From contig JAZQIE010000072.1 of the NCBI GenBank assembly GCA_045540975.1, forward strand, positions 6,158 through 70,157: a stretch of DNA of 64,000 bases, in the 5' to 3' direction. Of the stretch, positions 29,035 to 38,988 are shown in pieces. Each line of letters starts with the position of its first letter. Position 1 is the first letter of the stretch. The notes under the pieces were generated by a model that saw only the letters and a program-made list of their open reading frames with translations, ran no database searches and had not been told where the DNA came from. This stretch comes from Eubacteriales bacterium. Lineage in GTDB: Bacteria > Bacillota > Clostridia > Oscillospirales > JAAYXM01. Made by a program: the position numbers and the translations under genes.

Positions 29035-30315
29035 GTGAGTGCTTTGCGCACATATCTTGCAATTGATATCGGCGCGTCCTCGGGTCGGCACATTGTTGGC
29101 TGGCGTGAGGACGGAGAATTGAAAACCCGCGAGGTCTATCGCTTCGAAAACGGAGTGGAGGAGCAGGGCGGACATTTGGTGTGGAATCTCGCACGCTTGG
29201 TGCGAGAGGTGAAGGCGGGCATTGATGCCGCGCTTTTGCAATACCCAAAAATCGAGAGCCTTGCGATTGATACCTGGGGTGTGGATTATGTCCTGCTGCG
29301 CGGCGAAGAGGCGGTAAGCCCGATGTTTGCCTACCGCGATGCGCGTACCGAGGCGGTCATCGAAGAGGTCCACAGCATTGTTCCGTTTTCCGAATTGTAC
29401 CGAAAAACAGGCTGTCAATTCCAGCCGTTTAACAGTATCTATCAGATTTACGATGACTTGCGCCGCGGCAGACTCGAGGGGGTCACCGACCTTCTCATGC
29501 TGCCCGAGTATTTGATTTACGCGCTCTGCGGCGGTATGGCGCGTGAGTACACCAATGCGACCACCACAGGTCTGGTCAATGCGAAAAGCGGTGAATTTGA
29601 CCGCGAGATTATCGATGCATTGGGTCTTCCGCCGCATCTTTTCCCGTCTCTCAGTAAGCCGGGTACGGTGGTGGGCGAGTACAAGGGCATCCGCTGTGTG
29701 CTTTGCGCCACCCATGATACCGCGTCCGCGGTGGAGGGGATTCCGATGGAAGGAAACGCCCCGTATATCTCGTCGGGCACATGGAGTCTCTTGGGAGTCA
29801 AGACCCCGCACGCGATTTGTGATGAAGCATCCCGATGTGTGAATTACTCCAACGAGGGCGGTGTGGGCTACAACCGTTACCAGAAAAACATCATGGGGAT
29901 GTGGGTGGTAAACGAACTGCGCCGTGAGATTTGTCCCAAGGTGCTGTTTGACGAGTTGGTCGGACTTGCAAAATGCAGTACGTTTGACCGTGTTGTGGAT
30001 GTAAACGACGCCGCATTTTTGGCGCCGAAGAGCATGAAAGAAGCGTATGACACCGCATTGGGTACGCCGTGTAATACGGTGGGAGATTATTTCCGCTGTG
30101 CTTACCGCTCACTCGCGGTGAGTTATCAAACCGCGCTCGAGGAATTGGAGCGCAACACCGCGACCCGCTACGATACGCTGTATGTGGTGGGCGGCGGTGC
30201 GAAAAACGAATACCTCAACGAACTCACCCGTGCGGAAACGGGAAAACGTGTCATCGCGCTTCCCATTGAAGCAACCGCACTCGGAAATCTCAAGATACAA
30301 ATGGAGGTCGACTGA
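29035..30315 (+). CDS. rhaB: Rhamnulokinase
   Basis: YLAIDIGASSGRHIVG, LAIDTWGVDYVLL, CATHDTASAV and VVGGGAKNEYLN (FGGY kinase) are present. An in-frame TTG at 29044, 8 nt after GGAGG, is a plausible alternative start. Confidence 0.85.
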   Translation: MSALRTYLAIDIGASSGRHIVGWREDGELKTREVYRFENGVEEQGGHLVWNLARLVREVKAGIDAALLQYPKIESLAIDTWGVDYVLLRGEEAVSPMFAYRDARTEAVIEEVHSIVPFSELYRKTGCQFQPFNSIYQIYDDLRRGRLEGVTDLLMLPEYLIYALCGGMAREYTNATTTGLVNAKSGEFDREIIDALGLPPHLFPSLSKPGTVVGEYKGIRCVLCATHDTASAVEGIPMEGNAPYISSGTWSLLGVKTPHAICDEASRCVNYSNEGGVGYNRYQKNIMGMWVVNELRREICPKVLFDELVGLAKCSTFDRVVDVNDAAFLAPKSMKEAYDTALGTPCNTVGDYFRCAYRSLAVSYQTALEELERNTATRYDTLYVVGGGAKNEYLNELTRAETGKRVIALPIEATALGNLKIQMEVD

Positions 30316-31565
30316 TGAGTTACTTAGATGCAAAAGCGAAATACGCCGCATACGGTGTGGATACCGATGCCGCAATCGAGACCTTGAAAACCGTGCCGCT
30401 CGCCCTGCATTGCTGGCAGGGGGATGATGTGCGCGGCTTTGACACCGACCCGACCAAGCCTCTCACGGGCGGGATTCAGACCACGGGCAACTACCCGGGG
30501 CGTGCGCGCACACCCGAAGAGCTGATGGCGGATATTGACCGAGTCATCGCGCTGGTGCCCGGGCAGGTCAAACTCAACCTGCACGCGAGCTACGCGATTT
30601 TCGACGAGGAAAACGGCGGTTGGGTGGACCGCGACAAATTAGAGCCCAAGCACTTCAAAAAATGGGTGGAATTTTGCAAAGCGCGTGGGTTGGGGTGCGA
30701 TTTTAACCCCACCTTCTTCTCCCATCCCAAGTGCGACCCGCTCACCTTATCAAGCCCCAACGAGGAGACGCGTAAATTCTGGGTGGATCACGGCAAAGCG
30801 TGTGTCCGCATCTCGCAGTATTTGGCGGAGGAGTTGGGTCAGCCGTGTGTCATGAATATTTGGATCGGAGACGGCTTTAAGGACATCCCTGCCGACCGCT
30901 TGGGTCCGAGAATGCGCTGCAAACAGTCGTTTGACGAAATCCTCTCCGAGCCGTTTGACCCGAAACTGGTCTATCCGTGCGCGGAATCCAAGGTATTCGG
31001 CATCGGTGTGGAGAGTTATACGGTGACAAGCGCGGAATGGTGCGTGAAATACGCGGCATCCCGTCCCGACTGCATCACACTTATGGACAACGGGCATTAC
31101 CATCCCACCGAGGTGGTGTCCGACAAGCTCTCCGCGGTGCTGGCGTACGACGAAAAGGTCGCGCTCCACATCACACGCGGCGTGCGTTGGGACAGCGACC
31201 ATGTGGTGCTGTTTGACGATGAGACCCGTGAGCTTTGCAAGGAAGTTGTCCGCTGCGGCATTGACCGCGTCTTTTTGGCGCTGGATTTCTTTGACGCCTC
31301 CATCAACCGTATCTCGGCATGGGTCAACGGCTTCCGCAACGTGCAAAAGGCGCTCTTGTATGCCCTCCTTGAGCCGAAGGAGGAACTCAAAGCCTTGCAG
31401 GATGAAGGCAATTTCACCAAGCTTATGGTACGTCTGGAAGAAGAAAAAACCATGCCCTTCGGCACGGTTTGGGAGGAATACTGCCGCCGCTGCGGTGCAC
31501 CCGCAGACGGGGAGTGGTATTCGGATGTGGAAGCCTACGAAGAAGTGTTGAGAAAGAGAGGTTAG
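30315..31565 (+). CDS. rhaA: L-rhamnose isomerase
   Basis: AKAKYAAYGVDTDAAIETLKTVPLALHCWQGDDVRGF, LNLHASYA, MDNGHYHPTE and RWDSDHVV are present. Confidence 0.92.
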   Translation: MSYLDAKAKYAAYGVDTDAAIETLKTVPLALHCWQGDDVRGFDTDPTKPLTGGIQTTGNYPGRARTPEELMADIDRVIALVPGQVKLNLHASYAIFDEENGGWVDRDKLEPKHFKKWVEFCKARGLGCDFNPTFFSHPKCDPLTLSSPNEETRKFWVDHGKACVRISQYLAEELGQPCVMNIWIGDGFKDIPADRLGPRMRCKQSFDEILSEPFDPKLVYPCAESKVFGIGVESYTVTSAEWCVKYAASRPDCITLMDNGHYHPTEVVSDKLSAVLAYDEKVALHITRGVRWDSDHVVLFDDETRELCKEVVRCGIDRVFLALDFFDASINRISAWVNGFRNVQKALLYALLEPKEELKALQDEGNFTKLMVRLEEEKTMPFGTVWEEYCRRCGAPADGEWYSDVEAYEEVLRKRG

Positions 31566-31569
31566 GCGT

Positions 31570-32385
31570 ATGAAGGATATTTTAACCGCACCGTTTCTCA
31601 CCGAGATGATGCGCACCACCGCAAATATGTACCGCTTGGGGTGGGATGAGAGAAACGGCGGCAACATCAGTTATCGCTTGAAGGAAGAGGAAGTTGCGGA
31701 GTACTTGGATGTGCAGGCTGTTTTGCGCACCATTCCGCTCGGATTTGATGCGTCCCCGGTTTCGGGCGCGTACTTTTTGGTCACGGGCACGGGGAAATAC
31801 TTCAAAAACGTGGAGTTTGACCCGTCGGGGAATTTGGGGCTTGTCCGCATTTCCGCAGACGGGAAAAATGCGGAATTGTTGTGGGGCTTCTCCGACGGCG
31901 GAAAATTCACATCCGAGTTTCCCGCGCATCTCATGAGCCACATCGAGCGGCTTCGGGTCGACCCCGAAAACCGCGTTGTGATGCACACACACCCCACCTA
32001 TACCCTTGCAATGAATTACATCCACGAGCTCGACGAAAAGAAATTCACCCACACCTTGTGGGAGATGTGCACCGAGTGTATCGTGGTCTTCCCGGACGGT
32101 GTGGGTGTGCTTCCGTGGATGCTTTGCGGCACCAATGAAATCGGGGAAGCGACCGCGAAAAAGATGCGCGAATTCCGTGTGGTTGTTTGGGGGATGCACG
32201 GAATCTACGGCGCGGGAAAGTCCATGGACGAGGCGTTCGGACTCATCGAAACCGTGGAAAAAGCCGCGCAAATCTATGTCCTCACCGCACATATGCCGCG
32301 TATCAACACCATCCGCGACGAAGAACTCAAAACCCTTGCGGAGGCCTTCGGCGTTACCTATCGGAAGGATTTTCTGAATCTGTAA
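31570..32385 (+). CDS. rhaD: Rhamnulose-1-phosphate aldolase
   Basis: MYRLGWDERNGGNISYRL, VMHTHPT and VVWGMHGIYGAG (class II aldolase) are present. Confidence 0.9.
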   Translation: MKDILTAPFLTEMMRTTANMYRLGWDERNGGNISYRLKEEEVAEYLDVQAVLRTIPLGFDASPVSGAYFLVTGTGKYFKNVEFDPSGNLGLVRISADGKNAELLWGFSDGGKFTSEFPAHLMSHIERLRVDPENRVVMHTHPTYTLAMNYIHELDEKKFTHTLWEMCTECIVVFPDGVGVLPWMLCGTNEIGEATAKKMREFRVVVWGMHGIYGAGKSMDEAFGLIETVEKAAQIYVLTAHMPRINTIRDEELKTLAEAFGVTYRKDFLNL

Positions 32386-33145
32386 GCCTGCGCCAGGCAC
32401 CCGGGGTCGTTCCCGTCACCGTCTTGAATTGGCGGATGAAATGATACTGGTCGTGATAACCGAGCGCCTCAGCCACCGCAACCACCGAGAGGGAATCGTC
32501 GGAGAGTAAGAGGGATTTTGCATATCCCACACGCGCTTCGATGAGGTCCTGCATGGGTGAGGTGCCGAATGTGGATTTATAAACTGCGTGAAACCGCGAA
32601 GGGGAGAGCGATGCAAGCTCCGCCATTTTCTCCACCGTCCAATTCCATTCCGGACGGGAGAGAACAGCCTTTCGTACATCGCGCAGTTTTTTTCTGCCCT
32701 GTGTCACGGGTAAAGACTCTTTTTTGAGCGCGCGAGAGAATTTGATGAGAAACTCCTCCACATACCCTGCCATCAGCTCGGTCTTATGCGGTCGGTCGGA
32801 AAAGTATTCCATCTCGATTGCGGAGAAAATTCTGGAAATGAATTCGGGGTTTTCGGGGTACAGCAGGCAGTTGCACGGGATTTCGTATCGGTCAAGGAGT
32901 GGTGCAAGCGCGTGGTCGGTATGCATCCAGTTGTGGACAACATCCTGCGAGGAGCGAAACCATTGCGGTACCGTGGGCTCGTAGAAGATGCAGGCACCGG
33001 GGCGCGCGTGGACGGTCTCAGCCCCGAATTTGAACTCGGCGGAATCGAAAAAATGCAAAAAGGTATAATACGCAAGCCCGCTCGGACGAGAGATGAAAAA
33101 CCCCGCCTTTTCGGGCCAATCGTGGCGCACACTGTGAATTTGCAT
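32354..33145 (-). CDS. AraC family transcriptional regulator (RhaS/RhaR-like architecture)
   Basis: An N-terminal cupin and a C-terminal AraC HTH (VVAVAEALGYHDQYHFIRQFKTVTGTTPGAWR) are present. The 3' end overlaps the 3' end of rhaD by 32 nt, convergently. Confidence 0.85.
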   Translation of the reverse strand: MQIHSVRHDWPEKAGFFISRPSGLAYYTFLHFFDSAEFKFGAETVHARPGACIFYEPTVPQWFRSSQDVVHNWMHTDHALAPLLDRYEIPCNCLLYPENPEFISRIFSAIEMEYFSDRPHKTELMAGYVEEFLIKFSRALKKESLPVTQGRKKLRDVRKAVLSRPEWNWTVEKMAELASLSPSRFHAVYKSTFGTSPMQDLIEARVGYAKSLLLSDDSLSVVAVAEALGYHDQYHFIRQFKTVTGTTPGAWRRLTDSENPSDR

Positions 33146-33261
33146 GAAATCACCTCGTTTGTATTGTAATGCGAACAGTAGGATATGTCAATTATAAAAG
33201 AAAAAACGGCATTTATTTTCAATGCTCCTGCGGTTACAATGAAGAAAAGGAGTGATACAAA

Positions 33262-34959
33262 ATGCAAATTCCGAGACCCGAACATCCGCGCCCACAGTTT
33301 GAGCGCGAGAATTGGATGAACTTAAACGGAACCTGGCAGTTTGAAATCGACAACGGCAGAAGCGGTGAGGAACGGAAGTTAAACATGGTGGGAACTCCGC
33401 TTGCCGCCTCGATTGTGGTGCCGTTTTGTCCGGAAAGCAAACTCTCGGGAATCGGGCATACCGACTTTATCAGCGGTGTCTGGTACAAGCGCACCGTAAC
33501 CGTGCCGAAGCACACGGGCCGTGTCTTTTTGCATTTCGGTGCGGTGGATTACCACACCAAGGCATTTGTAAACGGTGTTCCCGTGGGCGAACACGTGGGC
33601 GGTTATGTGTCCTTCCGATTTGACATTACCGACGCGCTTGTGTGCGGTAAAAACGAGATTACGGTCTACGCGGAGGACGATACCCGCGACCCGATGATTC
33701 CGTCGGGCAAGCAATCCTCCCGCTATGAATCCTACGGCTGTTTTTACACCCGTACCACCGGGATTTGGCAAACCGTGTGGATGGAATTTGTCCCCGAAAC
33801 CCGCATTGAGCGCGTGGAATATTACCCGAATGTTGCGGACGGCAGCGTGACCGTGCGCGCATTTCTGTACGGGGAGGGCGACCTCTCCTGCGAGATTTCC
33901 TATGAAGGGAAAGAGGTGGGATGTCACGAGATGAAATGTGCGGTGGGCGTTGTGTCCTTTACCGTGCCGCTTTCAGAGACCCATCTTTGGGAAGTGGGGC
34001 ATGGGCGACTTTACGATGTGAAATTCACCTTTGGGGAAGACACGGTCAAGAGTTATTTCGGACTTCGCGAAGTGCGAATGGACGGATACAAATTCCTCTT
34101 AAACGGCAAATCCGTGTTCCAGCGTCTGGTACTCGACCAAGGCTTCTATCCGGAGGGGATTTATACCGCGCCGACCGATGCTGACCTCCGCCGCGACATT
34201 GAACTCTCGCTTGCGGTTGGCTTTAACGGTGCGCGGCTTCATGAGAAGGTCTTTGAAGAGCGATTCTTGTACCACGCCGATCGTATGGGATATTTGGTGT
34301 GGGGTGAGTATCCCGACTGGGGGCTTGACCACAGCAGTTTGGAGAATGTCTACGTGCTGCTTCCCGAGTGGATGGCGGAAATCGAGCGGGATTTCAACCA
34401 TCCTGCAATCATCGGCTGGTGTCCGCGCAACGAAACCTGGGACTACCACGGCAGGCCGCAGTTGGGGCATAGCATCGCGCTTGTTTATGATGTGACCAAG
34501 GCGGTCGACCCCACCCGTCCGTGTATCGATACAAGCGGCAACTACCATGTCAAAACCGATATTTTCTGTGTGCATGACTATGACCAGAACCCGACCACCT
34601 TCAAGGAGCACTACGATAAGCTCATGACAGACGGCGAGCTCTTCAACAACTTCCCCGCACGTCAGACCTACAACGGCGAGGCGACCTTCCTGAGCGAATA
34701 CGGCGGAATCGCGTGGAATTTAAATGAAAGCGGTTGGGGATACGGCGAAGGTCCGAAGACACTTGAGGAATTCTACGAGCGGTTTGCGGGGCTGACCGAT
34801 GTGCTGCTCGACAATCATCGGATGTTTGGCTTGTGCTACACCCAACTCACCGATGTGGAGCAGGAGCAAAACGGTCTTTACACGTATGACCGCAGACCCA
34901 AGTTTGACTGTGCGCGCCTGCACGCGGTCATGAGCCGCAAAGCCGCAATTGAAGACTAA
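33262..34959 (+). CDS. Glycoside hydrolase family 2 protein (565 aa)
   Basis: RPEHPRPQFERENWMNLNGTWQFE, AFVNGVPVGEHVGGYVSFRFDIT, GFNGARLHEKV and WCPRNE (acid/base NE) are typical of the GH2 sugar-binding, Ig and TIM layout. Confidence 0.8.
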   Translation: MQIPRPEHPRPQFERENWMNLNGTWQFEIDNGRSGEERKLNMVGTPLAASIVVPFCPESKLSGIGHTDFISGVWYKRTVTVPKHTGRVFLHFGAVDYHTKAFVNGVPVGEHVGGYVSFRFDITDALVCGKNEITVYAEDDTRDPMIPSGKQSSRYESYGCFYTRTTGIWQTVWMEFVPETRIERVEYYPNVADGSVTVRAFLYGEGDLSCEISYEGKEVGCHEMKCAVGVVSFTVPLSETHLWEVGHGRLYDVKFTFGEDTVKSYFGLREVRMDGYKFLLNGKSVFQRLVLDQGFYPEGIYTAPTDADLRRDIELSLAVGFNGARLHEKVFEERFLYHADRMGYLVWGEYPDWGLDHSSLENVYVLLPEWMAEIERDFNHPAIIGWCPRNETWDYHGRPQLGHSIALVYDVTKAVDPTRPCIDTSGNYHVKTDIFCVHDYDQNPTTFKEHYDKLMTDGELFNNFPARQTYNGEATFLSEYGGIAWNLNESGWGYGEGPKTLEEFYERFAGLTDVLLDNHRMFGLCYTQLTDVEQEQNGLYTYDRRPKFDCARLHAVMSRKAAIED

Positions 34960-35003
34960 AAAAACACTCGACTAAGGCCAACCGCCTTAGTCGAGTGTTT
35001 TTT
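34958..35003. terminator. Bidirectional terminator
   Basis: A stem of at least 14 bp, CACTCGACTAAGGC-caacc-GCCTTAGTCGAGTG, is flanked by A7 and T6. Confidence 0.9.
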
Positions 35004-35793
35004 CTTGTACAATCTCTTTTTTCTTCCACAACTCTCTCATCGCAAACGGGATGAAGAGGATTAAAAATCCGAGGGTGAGAGATTCAAGCGGAGAAAGGTC
35101 AAAAATCGCGTTTGTTTTTGGGAAGACCAGTGCAAGTCCGTGTCCCAAAAGTTCACACATCGAGAAGAACACGGAGAGCGCGCCGCTCAAGGTGGCAAGA
35201 CGGAGCTTGTTTTTCCCGAAGATGCAGCCTGTGAGCGCGTAGAAGAAGAGCACCGCGCAAACCACCGCAAAGAGCAGATAGGAATAATCGAGCAGGATGG
35301 GGTCCGCCACACGGTCACGGTAAATTAGAATCAGTGTGTAGGAAATCCAAAGCGCGGGTGCGACCGCAAAGACCGCGTAAGTTCCGCCGCTTGACGGCGC
35401 AAATCCGTTTTTGCAAAGTCCCAAAACCGCGATTGCCGCATAAAGCGAGAAGAGCGCCTGAATCAGATTGGTCATGGAGAATTCCCGCATGACCCCGTAA
35501 TACACCTGAAAGCCCGCCGAAGCAACCAGAATGAGGGCACACAGAATGCCGACAAACGGAAGGAGTGAGGCGGTGGGGCGTTCCTCCTTCGCATCGCGGA
35601 TGAAAAACGCGAGTACGGAAAGCAGCAAAAAGGTCACACCGCTTAAGATCATCAGTGCGGGGGTGGCGGCGAGGTCGCCGACATACAGCCCGGTCTTCGG
35701 GTCAAACGAGTAGGCAAGTTCGGTTGCGCGCATAAGTGCGGCGCACAGACCCAAAAACAGCGGCAGCAGGACAAACGAAAGAGTTCGTTTCAT
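34987..35793 (-). CDS. Hypothetical multi-pass membrane protein
   Basis: A 268-aa protein starting at ATG 35793 (MKRTLSFVLLPLFLGLCAAL), with about 7 hydrophobic segments. I recognise no family. Confidence 0.55.
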   Translation of the reverse strand: MKRTLSFVLLPLFLGLCAALMRATELAYSFDPKTGLYVGDLAATPALMILSGVTFLLLSVLAFFIRDAKEERPTASLLPFVGILCALILVASAGFQVYYGVMREFSMTNLIQALFSLYAAIAVLGLCKNGFAPSSGGTYAVFAVAPALWISYTLILIYRDRVADPILLDYSYLLFAVVCAVLFFYALTGCIFGKNKLRLATLSGALSVFFSMCELLGHGLALVFPKTNAIFDLSPLESLTLGFLILFIPFAMRELWKKKEIVQEKTLD

Positions 35794-35806
35794 GGAAAAC
35801 ACTCCT

Positions 35807-37174
35807 TTAAGCGCGCTCGGAGAGCGGAATATACTCGCTGACCGGAGAGAGCGACTTGTATGCGGGACGGATGATACGTCCGCCGGTGGTGGCTTCTTCG
35901 ATACGGTGTGCACACCAGCCGACCATACGTGCAATCGCAAAAATCGGAGTGTAGAGATCTTTCGGAATGTTGAGCATCTCGTAAATCAAACCCGAGTACA
36001 AATCCACATTCGCGCAGAGCGGCTTGTCGCTGCCCTTTTCCTCTAAGAATACCTTGGGGGTCAGGCGCTCAACCGATTCGATGAGCTCGAAACGGTCGAT
36101 AAAGCCGGTCTTTTTGGCGAGGTTGCGCGCATAATCCTTGAGGAGTACCGCACGCGGGTCGGAGAGGGTGTAAATCGCGTGACCCATGCCGTAAATCTTA
36201 CCGCTTTGGTCACCCACCTCGCGACGGAGGATGCGGCGCAGGTAATTTGCGACCTGCTCATCATCCTTCCAGTCGGAAACATTCGCCTCAATATCCGCAA
36301 GCATATTGCAAACGCGCAGGTTTGCACCGCCGTGGAGCGGGCCTTTGAGCGAGCCGAGTGCCGCGCCGATTGCGGAATAGGTATCGGTGCCGGACGAGGA
36401 GAGCACACGGCAGGAGAATGCCGAGTTGTTTCCGCCGCCGTGCTCTGCGTGCAGAATCAGGCAGAGGTCGAGCAGTCTCGCTTCCTCCTGGGTATATTTT
36501 TTATCCTTGCGGATGCAATAGAGCAGGGTTTCCGCGGTGGAGAGACCTGCGGGCGGAATGTGCAGGTACATACTCTTGTTTTCGAAATAATGGCGTTTGA
36601 CCTGATACGCCTGCGCCGCGATAATCGGCATCTGCGCAATGAGAGCGATGGACTGGCGGAGCATATTCTCCAAAGAGCAATCGTCCGGGTCATCGTCATA
36701 CGAGTACATGACAAGGACAGAGCGCGCCAACTTATTCATGATATTCGAAGAGGGCGCCTTGATAATCATATCCTCGGTGAAATTTTTGGGCAACTCGCGG
36801 TGCTCATGCAGCAGATTCTGGAAGATTTCCAGCTGCTCACGGGTGGGAAGCTGACCGAAGAGGATGAGGTACGCGGCTTCTTCATAACCGAAGCGTTCAT
36901 CCTCCAAAACACCGTGCACCAAGTCCTTTACGTTGATTCCGCGGTAGAAAAGCTCGCCCTCCAACGGATGGCGCTCGTTATCAATCATGGTATAACCGCG
37001 CACGTTACCGATTTGGGTCAGACCGCAAAGGACACCTGTGCCGTCCGCGTTGCGCAGACCGCGGCAAACGCGCAGGCGCGAGTACGCCTCGGTCGGGATG
37101 TGGTTATGTTTTTTGAATTCGTCGCATAAACTGGCAATAACCAAGTTTGACTTTGCAGCATTGAGTTCAGACAT
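35807..37174 (-). CDS. Citrate synthase
   Basis: GLRNADGTGVLCGLTQI, LILHAEHGGGNNSAF, GPLHGGAN, IYGMGHAIY and the PIFAIARMVGWCAH blocks are present. Confidence 0.9.
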   Translation of the reverse strand: MSELNAAKSNLVIASLCDEFKKHNHIPTEAYSRLRVCRGLRNADGTGVLCGLTQIGNVRGYTMIDNERHPLEGELFYRGINVKDLVHGVLEDERFGYEEAAYLILFGQLPTREQLEIFQNLLHEHRELPKNFTEDMIIKAPSSNIMNKLARSVLVMYSYDDDPDDCSLENMLRQSIALIAQMPIIAAQAYQVKRHYFENKSMYLHIPPAGLSTAETLLYCIRKDKKYTQEEARLLDLCLILHAEHGGGNNSAFSCRVLSSSGTDTYSAIGAALGSLKGPLHGGANLRVCNMLADIEANVSDWKDDEQVANYLRRILRREVGDQSGKIYGMGHAIYTLSDPRAVLLKDYARNLAKKTGFIDRFELIESVERLTPKVFLEEKGSDKPLCANVDLYSGLIYEMLNIPKDLYTPIFAIARMVGWCAHRIEEATTGGRIIRPAYKSLSPVSEYIPLSERA

Positions 37175-37259
37175 GCTGTAGTCCTCCTTGTATGGGATAG
37201 TTAGTTCTATTCTACCTCATTTTCGCAAAATAGTCAAATCTTAGAACGAAGGTGTTACA

Positions 37260-38228
37260 ATGAAACGTTTTTTTCTTCTTTGCGGCGTGCTTTGGTGTGC
37301 GGTTTTCCTCCTCCCTCTCTTCACTCCGCACGACGGGGAGACCCTGCTTTCCGCACCGATTGAGGAGGCGGAGGTGGATCGGGAAACCGAAATCACACTC
37401 CTAACCGACGGTGCGGTGGTGACCTTGCCGCTGGACGAATATCTCGCGGGTGTGGTCGCGGCGGAAATGCCTGCCCTGTTCCCCGAAGAAGCACTCAAAG
37501 CACAGGCGGTTGCGGCGCGGACATATACCATGAAGCGCGCGAGCGAAACCCCGGATTCCTCCCACAAAGGTGCAATGGTGTGTGATGACCCCAACCATTG
37601 CAAGGCGTACAATCCGATTTCCCAATTCGTTGCGAATTGGGGGGCGAGCGGAGGCGATTACGAGGAAAAAATCAAAGCCGCGGTGGAGGAAACCGACGGC
37701 GAGATTCTGCTCTATGAAGGCGCACCGATCAGCGCGGTGTTCCATTCCTCCTCCGCGAAAAGAACCGAGGCGGCGGCAGACGTGTGGGGGCGCGATGTCC
37801 CGTATCTGCAAAGTGTGGAGAGTGTGGGGGATGCGGAAGCGCCAAACTACGAGAGTACGGTGGCGGTCCCGATTGAAACCTTCAAGCAAACCGTCCGCGC
37901 TACATACAGCGGTGCGGATTTCACCGCGCATCCGCTGTTTGGGGATGCGGTGCGAAGTGATGCGGGCGGCGTGAAGACCATCCCGGTGGGGGGTGTGAAT
38001 ATTACAGGGCGCGAGCTTCGGGTATTGTTTGGACTCCGCTCCGCGAATTTCACGGTCACACAAGAGGGAGAGGATGTGGTATTCCGCACGGTGGGGTACG
38101 GTCACGGTGTGGGGATGAGCCAATACGGTGCGCGCGGTCTCGCGCTGCAGGGGATGGAGTACCGCGAGATTCTCGCGCACTATTACAGCGGCACACAGCT
38201 TGGAAAAATCGAAAAAAAAGAAGCATGA
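37260..38228 (+). CDS. spoIID: Stage II sporulation protein D (lytic transglycosylase)
   Basis: An N-terminal signal/anchor, LDEYLAGVVAAEMPALFPEEALKAQAVAARTY, VFHSSSAKRTE and GYGHGVGMSQYGA are present. Confidence 0.88.
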   Translation: MKRFFLLCGVLWCAVFLLPLFTPHDGETLLSAPIEEAEVDRETEITLLTDGAVVTLPLDEYLAGVVAAEMPALFPEEALKAQAVAARTYTMKRASETPDSSHKGAMVCDDPNHCKAYNPISQFVANWGASGGDYEEKIKAAVEETDGEILLYEGAPISAVFHSSSAKRTEAAADVWGRDVPYLQSVESVGDAEAPNYESTVAVPIETFKQTVRATYSGADFTAHPLFGDAVRSDAGGVKTIPVGGVNITGRELRVLFGLRSANFTVTQEGEDVVFRTVGYGHGVGMSQYGARGLALQGMEYREILAHYYSGTQLGKIEKKEA

Positions 38229-38250
38229 GAAATTCTCATGCTTCTTTATT
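38212..38250. terminator. Bidirectional terminator (spoIID / rpsR)
   Basis: GAAGCATGAGA-aat-TCTCATGCTTC with A-rich and T-rich flanks. The spoIID stop codon lies inside the stem. Confidence 0.8.
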
Positions 38251-38255
38251 CTGCA

Positions 38256-38483
38256 TTAGTCGGTAACGTACGGGAGCAGAGCGATGTGACGTGCACGCTT
38301 GATAGCGATGGTCAACTGACGCTGATGCTCAGCACAAACACCGGTCATTCTGCGCGGCAGGATCTTGGAACGATCGGAAAGATAACGGCGCAGCTTTGCG
38401 GTATCCTTATAATCGATCTGGCCAACCTTATCAACGCAGAAAGAGCAAACCTTTTTGCGCTTACGAGCTCTATTACGATCCAT
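38256..38483 (-). CDS. rpsR: 30S ribosomal protein S18
   Basis: [63 protein letters not shown]. Confidence 0.97.
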   Translation of the reverse strand: MDRNRARKRKKVCSFCVDKVGQIDYKDTAKLRRYLSDRSKILPRRMTGVCAEHQRQLTIAIKRARHIALLPYVTD

Positions 38484-38511
38484 TACGGAATCCTCCTTTT
38501 ATAAGATAGGG

Positions 38512-38976
38512 TTAGAACGGCAGGTCTTCGTCCCCATCCAGCAGCTCTTCAAACTGAGAAGCGGCAGGAGCGGGAGCGGTACGCGGAGCGGTCGGCGCCG
38601 CGGTGCCGTAACCAAAGTTGTCCGCAGCGGGAGCACCGCCTGCGGAATCGCGCTTCGACTCTGCGAAGAAGCACTCATCGGCAACCACTTCGTAAGTGGT
38701 ACGGTTGTTGCCGTCTTTGTCGGTCCAACTACGCACCTGAATGCGGCCGGAAACCACAACCAACTGACCCTTGCGGAACCACTTGGATACAAACTCTGCG
38801 GTGTTGCGCCATGCAACGATGTTGATGAAATCAACCGTCTGCTGGCCTTCCGCAGCGTTTTTGGAGTACCCACGGTCAACCGCGAGCGAGAAGGTTGCGA
38901 CCGGGACATTGGACTGTGTGTGACGAAGTTCGGGGTCACGGGTGAGGCGACCCATCAGGATTGCTTTGTTCAACAT
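38512..38976 (-). CDS. ssb: Single-stranded DNA-binding protein
   Basis: MLNKAILMGRLTRDPELRHT...ATFSLAV and an acidic tail ending DEDLPF. Confidence 0.97.
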   Translation of the reverse strand: MLNKAILMGRLTRDPELRHTQSNVPVATFSLAVDRGYSKNAAEGQQTVDFINIVAWRNTAEFVSKWFRKGQLVVVSGRIQVRSWTDKDGNNRTTYEVVADECFFAESKRDSAGGAPAADNFGYGTAAPTAPRTAPAPAASQFEELLDGDEDLPF

Positions 38977-38988
38977 GAAAAGCCCTCC

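Noticed and set aside
29035-30315. rhaB as a truncated pseudogene, because it is only 426 aa.
   Set aside because: The ORF is uninterrupted, begins and ends with the expected FGGY-kinase motifs, and is translationally coupled to rhaA. Shortness probably reflects loop deletions. It is flagged in the findings for alignment but not called a pseudogene.
32354-32385. The 32-nt convergent overlap of rhaD and the AraC gene, considered as a sign of a frameshift or pseudogene.
   Set aside because: Both ORFs are full length with intact C-terminal family motifs (rhaD ...FGVTYRKDFLNL; an AraC HTH followed by a short tail). Overlapping 3' ends are compatible with the compact gene packing seen throughout the window.
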